A program made the position numbers and the translations under genes. The notes under the pieces were generated by a model. That model saw only the letters and a list, made by a program, of their open reading frames with translations. It was not told the origin of the DNA and ran no database searches. Shown piece after piece: positions 15,001-28,000 of a DNA stretch of 64,000 nt. The stretch lies in assembly GCF_009914755.1 (NCBI RefSeq), contig NC_060943.1; one strand, 5' to 3'. This DNA comes from the human T2T-CHM13v2.0 reference genome, Homo sapiens. Each line of letters starts with the position of its first letter. The stretch's first letter is position 1.

Positions 15001-18000
15001 CAGAGTTAAATCATTCTTTAATTGAACAGTTTGGAAACACTGTTTTTGTAGAATCTGTGAAGGGATATTTCGGAGCCCATTGAGACCTTTGGTGAAAAAG
15101 GAAATATCTTCAAATAAAAGCTAGAAAGAAGCTTTCCAAGAAACTGCTTTTCGATGTGTGCATTCATCTCACAGAGTAAAACCTTTCTTTTGATAGAGCA
15201 GTTTGGAAAAACTGTTTTTGTAGAATCTGCAAAGGGATACTTGGGGGAGCATTGGGGTCTATGGTGAAAAAGGAAACATCCTCAGATGTAAACTAGAAAG
15301 AAGCTTTCTGAGAAGCTTTTTTGTGATGTGTGCTTTCATCTCACAGAGTTAAACTTTTATTTTGATTGAGCAGTTTGGAAACACAGTTTTTGTTGACTCT
15401 GCCAAGGGATATTTAGGAGTACATTGAGGACTATGGTGAAAAAGGAAATAATTTCAGACAAAAACTAGAAAGAAGCTTTCTCAGAAACAGGTTTGTGAAT
15501 TTTGCATTCATCTCACACAGTAAAACCCTTCTTTTGATTTAGCAGTTTGGAAATACTGTTTTGGTAGAATCTGCGAAGGGATATTTGGGAGCACATTGAG
15601 GCCTATGTTGAAAAAGGAAATATCTTCAGATTAAAAACTTGAAAGAAACATTCTGAGAAACTGCTTTGTGATGAGTTCATTCAACTCACAGAGCTAAACT
15701 TTTCTTTTAATTGAGTAGTTTGAAAATGCTGTTTTTTTGGTATCTGAGAAGAGATATTTGGGAGCACTTTGAGGCCTGTATTGAAAAAGGATATACCTTC
15801 AAATAAAAACTAGAAAGAACCTTTCTGGGAAAATGCTTTGTGATGTGTTCATTCATTTCACAGTTAAACCTTTTTTTCAATTGAGCAGTTTGGAAACACT
15901 GTTTTTGTAGAACCAGCAAAGTGATATTTTGGAGCCCTTTAGGCACATGGTGAAAAAGGAAATATCTTCAGACAAAAACTAGAAAGAATGTTTCTGAGAA
16001 ACAGCTTTGTGATGACTGCATTCATCTCACAGACTTAAACCTTTCTTTTGATTGAGCAGTTTGGAAACACTGTTTTTATAGAGTCTGTGAAGTGATATTT
16101 GGGAACGCATTAAGGCCTATGGTGAAAATGGAAATACCTTCAGATGAAAACTAGAAAGAAGGTTTATGAGAAACTTCTTTGAGAAGAGTGCAGTCATCTC
16201 ACAGACTTAAACCTTTCTTCTTATTGAGCAGTTTGGAAACACTGTTCTTGTAGAATCTGCAAAGGGATATTTGGGAACTTATTGAGGCCTATGTTGTAAA
16301 AGGAGATATCTTCAGATGAAAACTAGAAAGAATCTTTCTGAAAAACTCCTTTCTGATGTGTGCATTCTTCTAAGAGAATTAAAACTTTCTATTGAATGAG
16401 CAGTTTGGTAACACTGTTTTTGCAGAATCTGTGAAGACATATTTAGGAACGCATTGAGGCCTATGGTGAAAAAAGAAATATCCTCAGAAAAAAACGAGAA
16501 AGATTTCTGAGAAATAGCATTGTGATGTGTGCATTCATCCCACAGAGTTAAACCTTTCTTTAGTTGAACAGTTTGGAAACACTCTTTTTGTAGAATCTGT
16601 GAAAGGATATTTCAGAGACCGTTGAAGCCTATGGTGAAAAAGGAAATGTCTTCAGATAAAAACCAGAAGGAAGCATTCTGGGAAACTGCTTTGTGATGTA
16701 TGCATTCAGCACAAAGAGTTAAATCTTACTTTTGACTCAGCAGTTTGGAAACACTATTTTGGAAGTATCTGCCAAGGGATATTTGGGAGCACATTGAGTC
16801 CTATGGTGAAAAATAAAATATCTTCAGAAAAAACTAGAAAGAAGCTTTCTGAGAAACTGCTTTGTGATGAGTGCTTTTGTGTCACAGAGATAAACCTTTC
16901 TTTTAATTGAGCAGTTCAGAAACACTGTTTTAGTAGAATCTGTAAGGGGATATTGGGCAGTGCATTGATGCCTATGGTGAAAAATGAAATATCTTCTGAT
17001 AAAAACTAGAAAGAAGCTTTCTGAGAAACTGCTTTGTGATGAGTGCATTCATCTCACAGGGTGAAAACTTTCTTTAATTTAGCGCTTTGACACCAGTGAT
17101 TTTGTACAATCTGAGAACAGATATTTGGGAGCACTTGGAGGCCTATGGTGAATAACGAATCTGCTTTGAGATTTGTGTATTCTTCTCAATGAGTTAAACT
17201 TTTGTGTTGATTGAGCAGTGTGGAAACACTGTTTTTTTAGAATATGTGAAGGGATATTGGGGAGCACTTTGACGTCTATGTCAAAAAAGGAAATATCTTC
17301 AGATAAATACTAGAAAGAAGCTTTCTCACAAACTGTGTTTTGATGTGTGCATTCTTCTCACAGATTTCAACCTCACTTTTGATTGAGCAGTTTGAAAACA
17401 CTGTTTCTGTAAATTATACCAAGGGATATACACGAGCACTTTGAGGCATATGGTGATAAAGGAAATATCTTGAGATAAAAACTAGAAAGAATCTTTCTGA
17501 AATCTGCTTTGTGATGTGTGCATTCATCTGACAGAGGTAAACCGTTATTTTGATTAAGCAGTTTGGAAACAGTTTCTGTAAATTCTACCAAGGTATATTT
17601 GGGAGTTCATTGAGGTCTATTGTGAAATAGGAAGTATATTCAGAGAAATACTAGAAAGAACGCTTCTGAGAAACTGCTTTGTGATGAGTGCATCCATCTC
17701 ATAGAGTTGAACTTTCTTTTGATTGAGCAGTTTGGCAACCCTGTTTTTGAAGAATCTGAGAAAGGACAATTGGTAGTGCTTTGAGGCCTACTGTGAAAAA
17801 TGAATTATGTTAGAAAAAACTAGAAAGAAGCTTTGTGGGAAACTGCTTTGTGATTTGTGCATTCAGCTGGCAGAGTTAATCCTTTCTTTTGATTGAGCAG
17901 TTTGGAAACAATGTTTTTGTAAAACATGCAAAGGGATATTTGGGAGTGCTTCGAGGCCAGTGGTGAAAAAGGAAATATCTTCAGATTAAAACTAGAAAAA

Positions 18001-21000
18001 GCTTTCTGGAAACTGATTTGTGATGTGTACATTCTTATCACAGAGGTTAACCATTATTTTCATTGAGCACTCTGGAAACACTGTTTCTGTAAAATGTACC
18101 AAGGGATATTTAGGAGTGCATTGAGGCATATAGTGAAAAAGAAAATATCTTCAGATACAAATTAGAAAGAAACATTTCTGAGAAACAGCTCTGGGATGTG
18201 TGCATTCATCATGTAGAGTTAAAATTTCCTTTTCATTGGGCCTTTTGGGAACACTGTTTTTGTAGAAGCTGAGAACGGATAATTGAGAGTGCTTTGACAC
18301 CAAAAGTGAAAAAGGAAATATGTTAGATAAAACTAGAAAGAAGCTTTCTGGGAAATTGCTTTGTGAATTGTGCATTCATCTCACAGAGTTAAACCTTTCT
18401 TTTGATTGAACAGTTTGGAAACACTGTTTAGGCAGAATCTGCGAAGGGACATTTGGGAGTGCATTGAGGCCTATGGAGAAATAGGAAATATCTTCAGATA
18501 AATACTAGAAAGAACTTTCTCAGAAACTGCTTTGTGATGTCTGCATTCTTCCACCAGTGTTAAACCTTTCTTTTGATTGAGCAGTTTGGAAACACTGTTT
18601 GTGTACAATCAATGAAAGGATACATGGGAGCACATGGGGGCCTATGGTGAAAAGTGAAATATCTTTGGAGAAAAACTAGAAAGAAGCTTTCTGAGAAAGT
18701 GCTTTGTTATGTGTGCATTCTTCTGAGAGTAAAACCTTTCTTTTGAATGTGGAATTTGGAAACTGTTTATGTAGAATCTGCAAATGAATATATGGGAGTG
18801 CTGAGGCCTATGGTGAAAAAGGAAATATCTTCAGAGAAAAACTAGAAAGAAATTTCTGAGAAACTGCTTTGTGATGTGCACATTCTTCACACAGAGTTAG
18901 CCCTTTCTTTTGATTGAGCCATCTAGAAATATTGTTTTTGTGGAATCTACGAAGGGATATATGAGATTGCATTGAGGCCTAAGGTGAAAAAGGAAATATC
19001 TTTAGATAAAAACTACAAAGAATCTTTCTGAGAAACTGCTACATGATGTGTACATTCATCTCGCATATTTAAACCTTTCTTGTGATTGACCAGTTTGGCA
19101 ACAATGTTTTGGTAAAATCTTTGAAGGGTATTTGGGTGAGTGTTGAGGCCTATGGTGAAAAAGGAAATATCTGTAGACAAATAATAGAAAGAAGGTTTCT
19201 GGAAACTGCATTCATCTCACAGAGTTAAACCCATCTTTTGATTGAGCAGTTCAGCAACTCTGTTTTTGTGGAATCTGCCAAGGAATATTTCGGATGCATT
19301 GAGGCCTATTGTGAAAAAGGAAATATCTTCAGGTAAATACTTGAAGGAAGCTTTCTGGAAACTGATTTGTTATTTATACATTCATCTCACAGTATTAAAC
19401 CATAATTTTGTTTGATCAGTTTGGAAACATTGCTTCTGTAAAATTCACCAAGGGGTATTTGGGAATGTATTGAGGCCTGTAGTATAAAAGGAAATATCTT
19501 CAGATAAAAAATAGAAAGACGCTTTCTGAGAAACTGCTTTGTGATGAGTGCATTCACCTCAAAGAGTTCAACTTTTTTTTTCAATTGAGTAGCTTGGCAA
19601 CACCGTTTTTGTAGAATCTGCAAAGGGGCATTTTTCAGTGCTTTGAGGCCCATGGTGAAAAAGGAAATATCTTCACATAAACACTAGAAAGAAGTTTTCT
19701 GAGAAACTACTCTGTGATGAGTGCATTCAGCTCACAGAAGTAAACCTTTCTTTTGATTGAGTAGTTTGGAAACACTGCTTTTTTAAATCTGTGAAGGGAC
19801 ATTTGGAAGTGCATTGAGGCCTATGGTGAAAAAGGAAATATCTCCAGATAAAAGCCAGAAAGAAGCTTTCTCAGAAACTGCTTTGTGATGTGTGCATTCA
19901 TCTAACAGAGTTGAACCTTTCTTTTGAGTGTGCAGTTTGGAAACACTGTTTTTGTAGAATTTGTGAAGGGACATATGGGAGCCCTGAGGCCTATGGTGAG
20001 AAAGGAAATATCTTCAGAGAAAAACTAGAAAGAAATTTCTGAGAAACTGGTTTGTGATGTGTGCATTCTTTGCACACAGTTAAACCTTTCTTTTGATTGA
20101 TTAGTGTGGATACATTGTTTTTGTGGAATCTGAGAAGGGATTTGTTGGAGCACTTTGAGGCTTATGGTGAAAAAGGAAACATCTTCTGATAAATACTAGA
20201 AAGAAGCCCCTCAGAAACCACTTTGTGATGTGTGCATTCTTCTCCCAGAGTTTAATTTCATTTTTGATTAAGCATTTTGGAAACACTGTTCCTGTAAATT
20301 CTACCAAGGGATATATAAAAGCCCTTTAAGGCCTATGGTGTTAAAGGAAATACCTTCAGAGAAGAACTACAATGAAGCATTCTGAGAATCTGCTTTGGAA
20401 TGACTGCATTCATCTCACAGAGTTAAACCTTCCTTTTGATTGAGCTGTTTGGAAACACTGTTTTGGTAGAATATTTGAAATGATATTTGGGAGTGCTTTG
20501 AGGCCTATAATGAAAAAGGAAATATATTGAGAAAAAAATAAAAAGAAGCTTTCTGAGAAACTGGTTTGTGATAAGTGCATTCATCTCACAGAATTAAACA
20601 TTTCTTTTTATGGAGCAATTTGGAAAAACTGTGTTTCAGAATCTCTAAAGGGATATTTAAGAGCTCCTTGAAGCCTATGGTGAAAAAGGAAATGTATTCA
20701 GATAAATACTAGAAAGAAACTTTCTCAGAAACTGCTTTGTGATATGAGCATTCTTCTCACAGAGTAAAACCTTTCTTTTGATTCACCAGGTTGGAAACAC
20801 TGTTTTTGTAGAATCTGCAAAAGGATACTTGGGAGCGCATTGAGGCCTATGGTGAAAAATGAAATATCTTCAGATAAAAACTAGAAAGAAATTTTCTCAG
20901 AAACCGCTTTGTGATGTGTGCATTCTTCTCACTGAACTCAACCGTTCTTTTGATTGAGCAGTTTGGAAACACTGTTTTGGTAGAATCTGTGATGGGATAT

Positions 21001-24000
21001 TTGGGAGCACATTGAGGCCTGTAGTGAAAAAGGAAATAGCTTCAGATAAAAACTAGAAAGAGGCTTTCTCAGAAACTGCTTTGTGAATTGTCCGTTCTTG
21101 TCCCAGAGTTAAACCTTTCTCTTCATTGAGTAGTTTGCACATGCTGTTTTTATAGAATCTATGAAGGGATATTTGGGAGTGCTATGAGGCCTATGGTGAA
21201 AAAGAAAATATCTTCAGATAAAATCTAGAAAGAAGCTTTATGAGAAACTGTTTTGTAATGAGTACATTAATTTCATAGAGTTAACCCTTTTTTGATTGAG
21301 AAGTTAGGAAACATGATTTTTTTACAATCTGAGAAGGAATATTTTGGAGTGATTTGAGGCCTATGGTGAAAAACGAAATATCTTCAGATAAAAATTAGAA
21401 AGAATCTTTCTGGGAAACTGCTTTATGATGTGCTCATTCATCTGTAACAGTTAAAACTCTTTTGATTGAGCACTTTGGAAACACTGTTTTGTTAGGATCC
21501 ATGAAGGAATATTTGTGCACTCTTTGAGTCCTATGGTGGAAAAAGAAATATCTTCAGATAAAAACTAGAAAGAAGCATTCTAAGAAACTGCTCTGTGAAG
21601 AGTGCATTCACCTCACAGAGTTAAACCTTTCTTTTCATTGGGCACTTTGGCAACACTTTTTTTGAATTACTTAAGAAGGGATATTTGGGAGTATTTTAAG
21701 GCTGAGGGTAAAAAAGGAAATATCTTCAGATAAAAACTAGAAAGAAGTATTCTGAGAAACTGCTTTGTGATGTGTGCATTCAGCATATAGAGTTAAAACT
21801 GTTTTGATTGGGCAGTTTGGAAACACTGTTTTTGTAGAATTTGAGAAGGGATATTTGGGAGCTCTTTGAGGCCTATGGTGAAAAGGGAAATATCATCAGG
21901 TAAATACTAGAAAAAAGTTTTCTGGAAAAAGTTTTGTGATTTGTGCATTCATCTCATACAATTAAACCTTTCTTTTGATTGAGCAATTTGGAAACACTGT
22001 TTTTTTTTAGAATCTGCCAAGGGATATTTTGGAGTGCTTTGAGTCCTATGGAGAAAAAGAAAATATCTTCAGATAAATACTAGAAGGAAGATTTCTCAGA
22101 AACTGCTTTGTGATGTGTGCATTCTTCTCACAGAGTTTAACCTCACTTTTCATTGAGCAGTTTGGAAACACTGTTTCTGTAAATTCTAAGGAGGGATATA
22201 TGGGAGCCCATTGATGCCTATGGTGAAAAAGGAAATATCTTCAGACAAAAACTAAAAAGAAGCTTTCTGAGAAACTGCTTTGTCATGTGTGGATTTATGT
22301 CACAGAGGCAAACCTTTCTTTTGATTGAGCATTTTGGACACACTCTTTTGTTAGAATCTGTGAAGGGATATTTGGATGTGCATTGAGGTCTGTGTTGAAT
22401 AAGAAAATATCTTCAGTTAAAAACTAGAAAGAAGCTTTCTGAGAATCTGCTTTGTGATGAGTTCATTCATCTCACAGAGTTAAATATTTCTATTGTTTGA
22501 GCAGTTCAGAGAAGGGATATTTGGGAGTGCATTAAGGTATATGGTGAAAAAGGAAATACCTTCAGATAAAAACTGAAAGAATCTTTCTGAGAAACTGCTT
22601 TGTGATGGATGCATTCACTTTAAAGAATAAAAACTGTCTGTTGATTGAGCAGTTTGGAAACACTGTTTTTGTATAACCTGCAGAGGTATATTTTGGAGCA
22701 CATGTAGGCCTGTGGAGAAAAAGGAAATATCTTCAGATAAATACTAGAAAGAAGCTTTCTCAGAGACCCCTTTGTGACGTGTGCATTCTTCTTACAGAGT
22801 TAAACATTTCTTTTGATTGAGCAGTTTGGAAACACTGTTTTTGTAGGATATGCGACGGTATATTTGGGAGAGTGTTGAGGCCTATGGTGAAAAATGAAAT
22901 ATCTTCAGATAAAAACTAAAAAGAAACTTTCCCAGAATCTGTTTTGTGTTGCTTGCATTCTTCTCACAGAGTTAAACCTTTCTTTTCATTGAGCAGTTAT
23001 GACACACTGTTTTTGTAGACTCTGTGGAGGGATATATGGGAGCACATTGAGGTTTAGGGTGAAGAAGGAAATATCTTCAGAGCAATACTATATAAAGTTT
23101 TCTGAGAAACAGCTTTGTGATCTGTGAATTTATCTCACGGAGTTTAACCTTTGTTTTTATTGAGGAGTTTGGAAACACTGTTTTGGTAGAATCTGTGAAG
23201 GAATATTTTGTATCGCATTGGGGCCTATGGTGAAAAAGGACACATCTTCAGATAAAAACCAGAAAAAAGCTTTTTGAGATACTGATTTGTGATGTGTGCA
23301 TTCTTCTCACAGAGTTAAACAGGTATTTTGATTGAGCAGTTTAGAAACCCAGTTTTTGTAGAACCTATGAAGGGATGTATGGGAGAGCATAGAGGCCTAT
23401 GGTTGAAAAGAAAATACCTTGAGATAAAAATTAGAAAGAAATTTTCAAGGAAACTGCTTTGTGATGTGTGCATTCACTTCACAGAGTTAAACTTTACTTT
23501 TGATGGAGCTGTTTGTAACACTTTTTCTTTTTTAAATCTGAGAAGAGATATTTGGGAGCGTTATGAGGCATATGGTGAAAAATGAAATATCTTGAGGTAA
23601 ATAATAGAAAGAAGTTTTCTGTGAAATGGCTTTGTGATTTGTGCATTCATCTCACATAGGCAAACCTTTGTTTTGAGTGAGCCATTCAGAAACACTGTTT
23701 TTTTAGAATCTGCAAGGGAATATTTGGGAGCACATTGAGGCCTGTGGTGAAAAAGGAAATGTCTTCAGAGAAAAACTAAAAAGAAACTTTCTGAGAAACT
23801 TCTTTATGATGTGTGCATTCTTCTCTCAAAGTTAAATCTTAATATGACTGAGCAGTTTGGAAACATGGTTTTTGTAGTATAAACAAAGGGATATATGAGA
23901 GTGCTTTGAGGCTCATGGTGAAAAATGAAATGTCTTCAGAGAAAACCTAAAAAGAATCTTTCTGAGAAACTGTTTTGTGATGTGTGCACTCAGCACAAAG

Positions 24001-24699
24001 AGTTAAACCTTTCTTTTGAGTGAGCAGTTAGGAAACAATGTGTTGGTAGAATCTCTGAAGGGATATTTTGGAGTGAATGTAGACATTGTGAAAAAAGAAA
24101 TATCTTCAGATAAAAACTGGAATCTTTCTGAGAAACTGCTTGGTGACCAGTGCATTCATCTCCCCGAGTTAAACCTTTCTTTTGATTGTGCAGTCTGGAA
24201 ACATGGTTTTTCTAGTATAAGCAAAGGGATATATGTGTTCACTTTGAGGCCCATGGTGAAAAACAAAATATTTTCAGAGAAAATCTGCAAAGAACTTTTC
24301 TGAGAAACTGCTTTGTGATCTGTGCATTCATCTCACAGAGTTAAACCTTAATTTGATTGAGTAGTTTGGAAACACTGGTTGGCAGAATCTGTGATGGGAT
24401 ATTTGGTAGTGCATTGAGGCCTATTGTGAAATAGGAAATATCTTAAGAAAAAAATTAAAGGAAGCTTTCTGAGAAATGGCTTTGTGATGAATGCATTCAT
24501 CTCACAGAATTAAAACTTTCCTTTGATTGAGCAGTTTGGAAACACTGTTTATGTCTAATCTACAAAATGATATTTGGGAATGCATTGAGACCTAGGCAAA
24601 TATCTTTAGATAAATACTAGAAAGAAGCTTTCTCTGAAACCACTTTGTGATGTGTGGATATTTCTCACAGAGTTAAACCTCTATTTTGATTGTGCACTT
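1..24699 (+). repeat. Monomeric alpha satellite, old ~172-bp A-type layer
   Basis: Head-to-tail units with recurring AAAACTAGAAAGAAGCTTTCTGAGAAACTGCTTTGTGATGTGTGCATTC...GGGATATTTGGGAG...GAGGCCTATGGTGAAAAAGGAAATATCTTCAGAT. The consensus by eye counts to 172 bp. The pJ-alpha box (CTATGGTGAAAAAGGAA) is present and no CENP-B box was seen. Confidence 0.97.
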
Positions 24700-25000
24700 A
24701 TTTATTTATTTATTTATTTGAAACAAAGTCTCACTCTTTCACCCAGGCTGGAGTGCAGTGGTGTGATCTTGGCACACTGCAAGCTCTGCCTCCTGGGTTC
24801 ACGCCATTCTCTTGCCTCAGCCTCCTGAGTAGCTGGGACTACTTGCACCTGCCACAAGGCCCTGTTAATTTTTTGTATTTTTAGTAGAAATGGGGTATCA
24901 CTGTATTAGTCAGGATGGTCTCGATTTCCTGACCTTGTGATCCACACGTCTCAGCCTCCCAAGGTGCTGGGAGTACAGGCATGGGCCACCATGCCTGGCC
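24700..25000 (-). mobile_element. Full-length Alu, AluY-like, with (AAAT)n tail
   Basis: Reverse complement begins GGCCAGGCATGGTGGC at 25000. Plus strand shows the AluY-type CACTGCAAGCTC and GGGTTCACGCCATTCT. (TTTA)n tail at ~24700-24719. TSD TTGTGCACTT (24690-24699) / TTGTGCAGTT (25001-25010). Confidence 0.95.
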
Positions 25001-28000
25001 TTGTGCAGTTTCTAAACACTGTTTTTGCAAAATTTGTGAAGGGATATTTGGGAGTGCTCTGAAGCCTATGAGGAAATAGTAAATATCTTTGGAAAAAAAA
25101 CTAAAAAGATACTTTCTGTGAGACTGCTTTGTGTTGAGTGCATTCATCACCCAGAATTAAACTCTATTAATTGAACAGTTTGGAAACACTGTTTTTTAAG
25201 AATCTGCAAAGGGATAGTTGGGACCACATTGAGGCCTATGTGAAAAAGGAAATATCTTCAGATAAATACTAGAAAGAATCTTTCTCAGAAAGCCCTTTGT
25301 GATGTGTGTATTCTTCTCCAAAATTAAACCTTTATTTTGATTGAGCAGTTTGGAAACACTGTTTTTGAAGAATCTGTGAGGGAATATTTGTGAGCGCTTT
25401 GAAGCCTATGGTGAAAAAGGAAATATCGTCAGAAAATTATTGGAAGGAAGCTTTCTGGGAAACTGATTTGAGATGTGTGCATTCATCTCGCAGAGATTAG
25501 CCTTTCTTTTGATTGAGCAGTTTGGAGTCACTGTTTAGGTAGAATCTGTGAAGGGATATTTGGGAGCGCATAGAGGCCTGAGGTGATAAAGGAAATATCT
25601 TCAGACAAAATTAGAAAGGAGTATTCTCAGAAACCGCTTTGTGATGTGTGCATTCTTTTCACAGAGTTAAACCTTTCTTTTGATTGGGCAGTCTGGAAAC
25701 ACGGTTTTTGTAGTATAAACAAAGGGATATATGGGAGCACTTTGAAGCCCATGGTGAAAAATGAAATAACTTCAGAGAAAAACTACAAAGAAGTTTTCTG
25801 AGAAACTGCTTTGTTTAACTCTCACAGAGTTGAACTTAATTTGATTGCGTAGTTTGGAAACACTGTTTTGGCAGAATCTGCAGTGGGATATTTGGGAGGA
25901 CATTGCGACTTATTGTGAAATAGGAAATATCATCAGAAAAAAATGAAAAAAAAGCTTTCTGAGAAACTGCTTTGTGATTAGTGCATTCATCTCACAGAAT
26001 TAAATCTTTCTTTCGATTGAGCAGTTTGGAAACAATGTTCATGTAGAATCTGCAAAGGGATATTTGGGAAAACGTTCAGGCCTAGGGAAATAGCTTCATA
26101 TAAATACTAGAAAGAAGCTTTCTCAGAAACTGATTTGTGATGTGTGGATTCTTCTCACAGAGTTAAAACTGTCCTTTGATTGTCCAGTTTTTAACCCCTG
26201 TTTTTGAAGAATCTGCAAAGGGATATTTGGGAGCCCTTTGAGGCCTATAGTGAAAAAGGAAATATCTTCAGATAAAAACTGGAAAGATTCTTTCTGAGAA
26301 ACAGCTTTGTGATGTGTGCATTCGTCACACAGTGGTAAACCTTTCCTTTGATTGAGCTGTTTCAATACACTGTTCTTGTAGAATCTATGAAAGGATATTT
26401 GGGAGCACTTTGTGGCCTAAGGTGAAATAGTAAATATATTCAGAAAAAAACAAAAGGAAGCTTCCTGAGAAACTGCTTTGTGATGAGGACATTCATCTCA
26501 CAGAAATAAACCTTTCTATTGATTGAGCAGTTTGGAAACACTGTTTTTTTAGAATCAGCAAAGGGATATTTGTGAGCACATTGAGGGCATGGTGAAAAAG
26601 GAAAATCTACAGATAAATACTACTAGGAAGTTTTCTGCATTCATCTCACAGAATTAAACTTCTTTTTGATTGAGGAGTTTGGAAACACTGTTTTTGTAGA
26701 ATCTGAGTAGGGATATTTGTGAGCACTTTGTGGCTTATGGTGGAAAAGGAAATATCTTCAGATGAATACTAGAAATAAGACTTCTGGGAAACTGCTTTGT
26801 GATGAGTGCATTCATCTCACAGAGTTAAGCCTTTCTTTTGATTAAGCAGTTTGGAATCACCGTTTTAGTAGAATCTGCTCAAGGATATTTGGGAGTGCAT
26901 TGGGACCTATGGTGATAAAGGAAATATCTTCAGATAAAAATTAGAAAGAAGCTTTCTTGGAAACTGGTTTGTGATGTGTGCCTTCTTCTCACAGAGTTAA
27001 ACATTTCTTTTGATTGAACAGTCTGGAAACATGTTTTTGCAGTATAAACAAAGGGATATATGGCAGCGCTTTCAGTCCCATGGTGAAAAGTGAAATATCT
27101 TCAGAGAAAAACTGCAAAGAATCTTTCTGAGAAACTGCTTTGTGAAGTGTGCATTCACCTCACAGAGATAAACTTAATTTCATTGAGCAGTTTGGAAACA
27201 CTGTTTTGGAAGAATCTGTGATGGTGTACTTGGGAGGGCATTGAGGCCTATTGTGAAATAGGACATATCTTCAGATAAAATCTAAAAAGAAGCCTTCTGA
27301 GAACTGCTTTGTGAGGACTGTTTTGTGAGGACTGCATTCATCTCACAGAAATAAACCATTCTTTTGATTGAGCAGTTTGGAAACACTGTTTACATAGAAT
27401 CTACAAAAGGATATGTGGGAATGCAGCGATGATTAGGGAAATATCTTCATATAAATACTAGAAAGAAGCTTTCTCAGAAACTGCTCTGTGATGTGTGTAT
27501 TCTTCTAACAGAGTTAAACCTCTCTATTAATTGTACAGTTTCAAACACTCTTTTTGAAGAATCTGCCAAGGGGTATTTGGGAGCACTTTGAGGCCTTTAG
27601 TGAAAAATGAAATATCTTCATATAACAACTAGAAAGAAGCTTTCTGAGAAACAGCTTAGTAATGTGTGTATTCATCACACAGTGGTAAACTTTTCCTTTG
27701 ATTGAGCTGTTTGGAAACACTGTTTTTGTAGAATCTGCAAAAGGTTATTTTGGAGTGCTTTTATGCCTATGGTGAAATAGTAAATATATTCAGAAAAAAA
27801 CTGAAATGAAGCTTTCTGAGAAACCGCTTTGTGATGAGTGCATTCATCTCACAGAAATAAACCTTTCTATTGATTGAGCAGTTTGGAAACACTGTTTTTA
27901 TAGAATCTGCTAAGGTATATTTGGGAGGTCATTGAGGCCTATGGCGAAAAAGGAAATATCTTCAGATAAATACTAGAAAGAAGCTTTCTCAGAAACTCCT

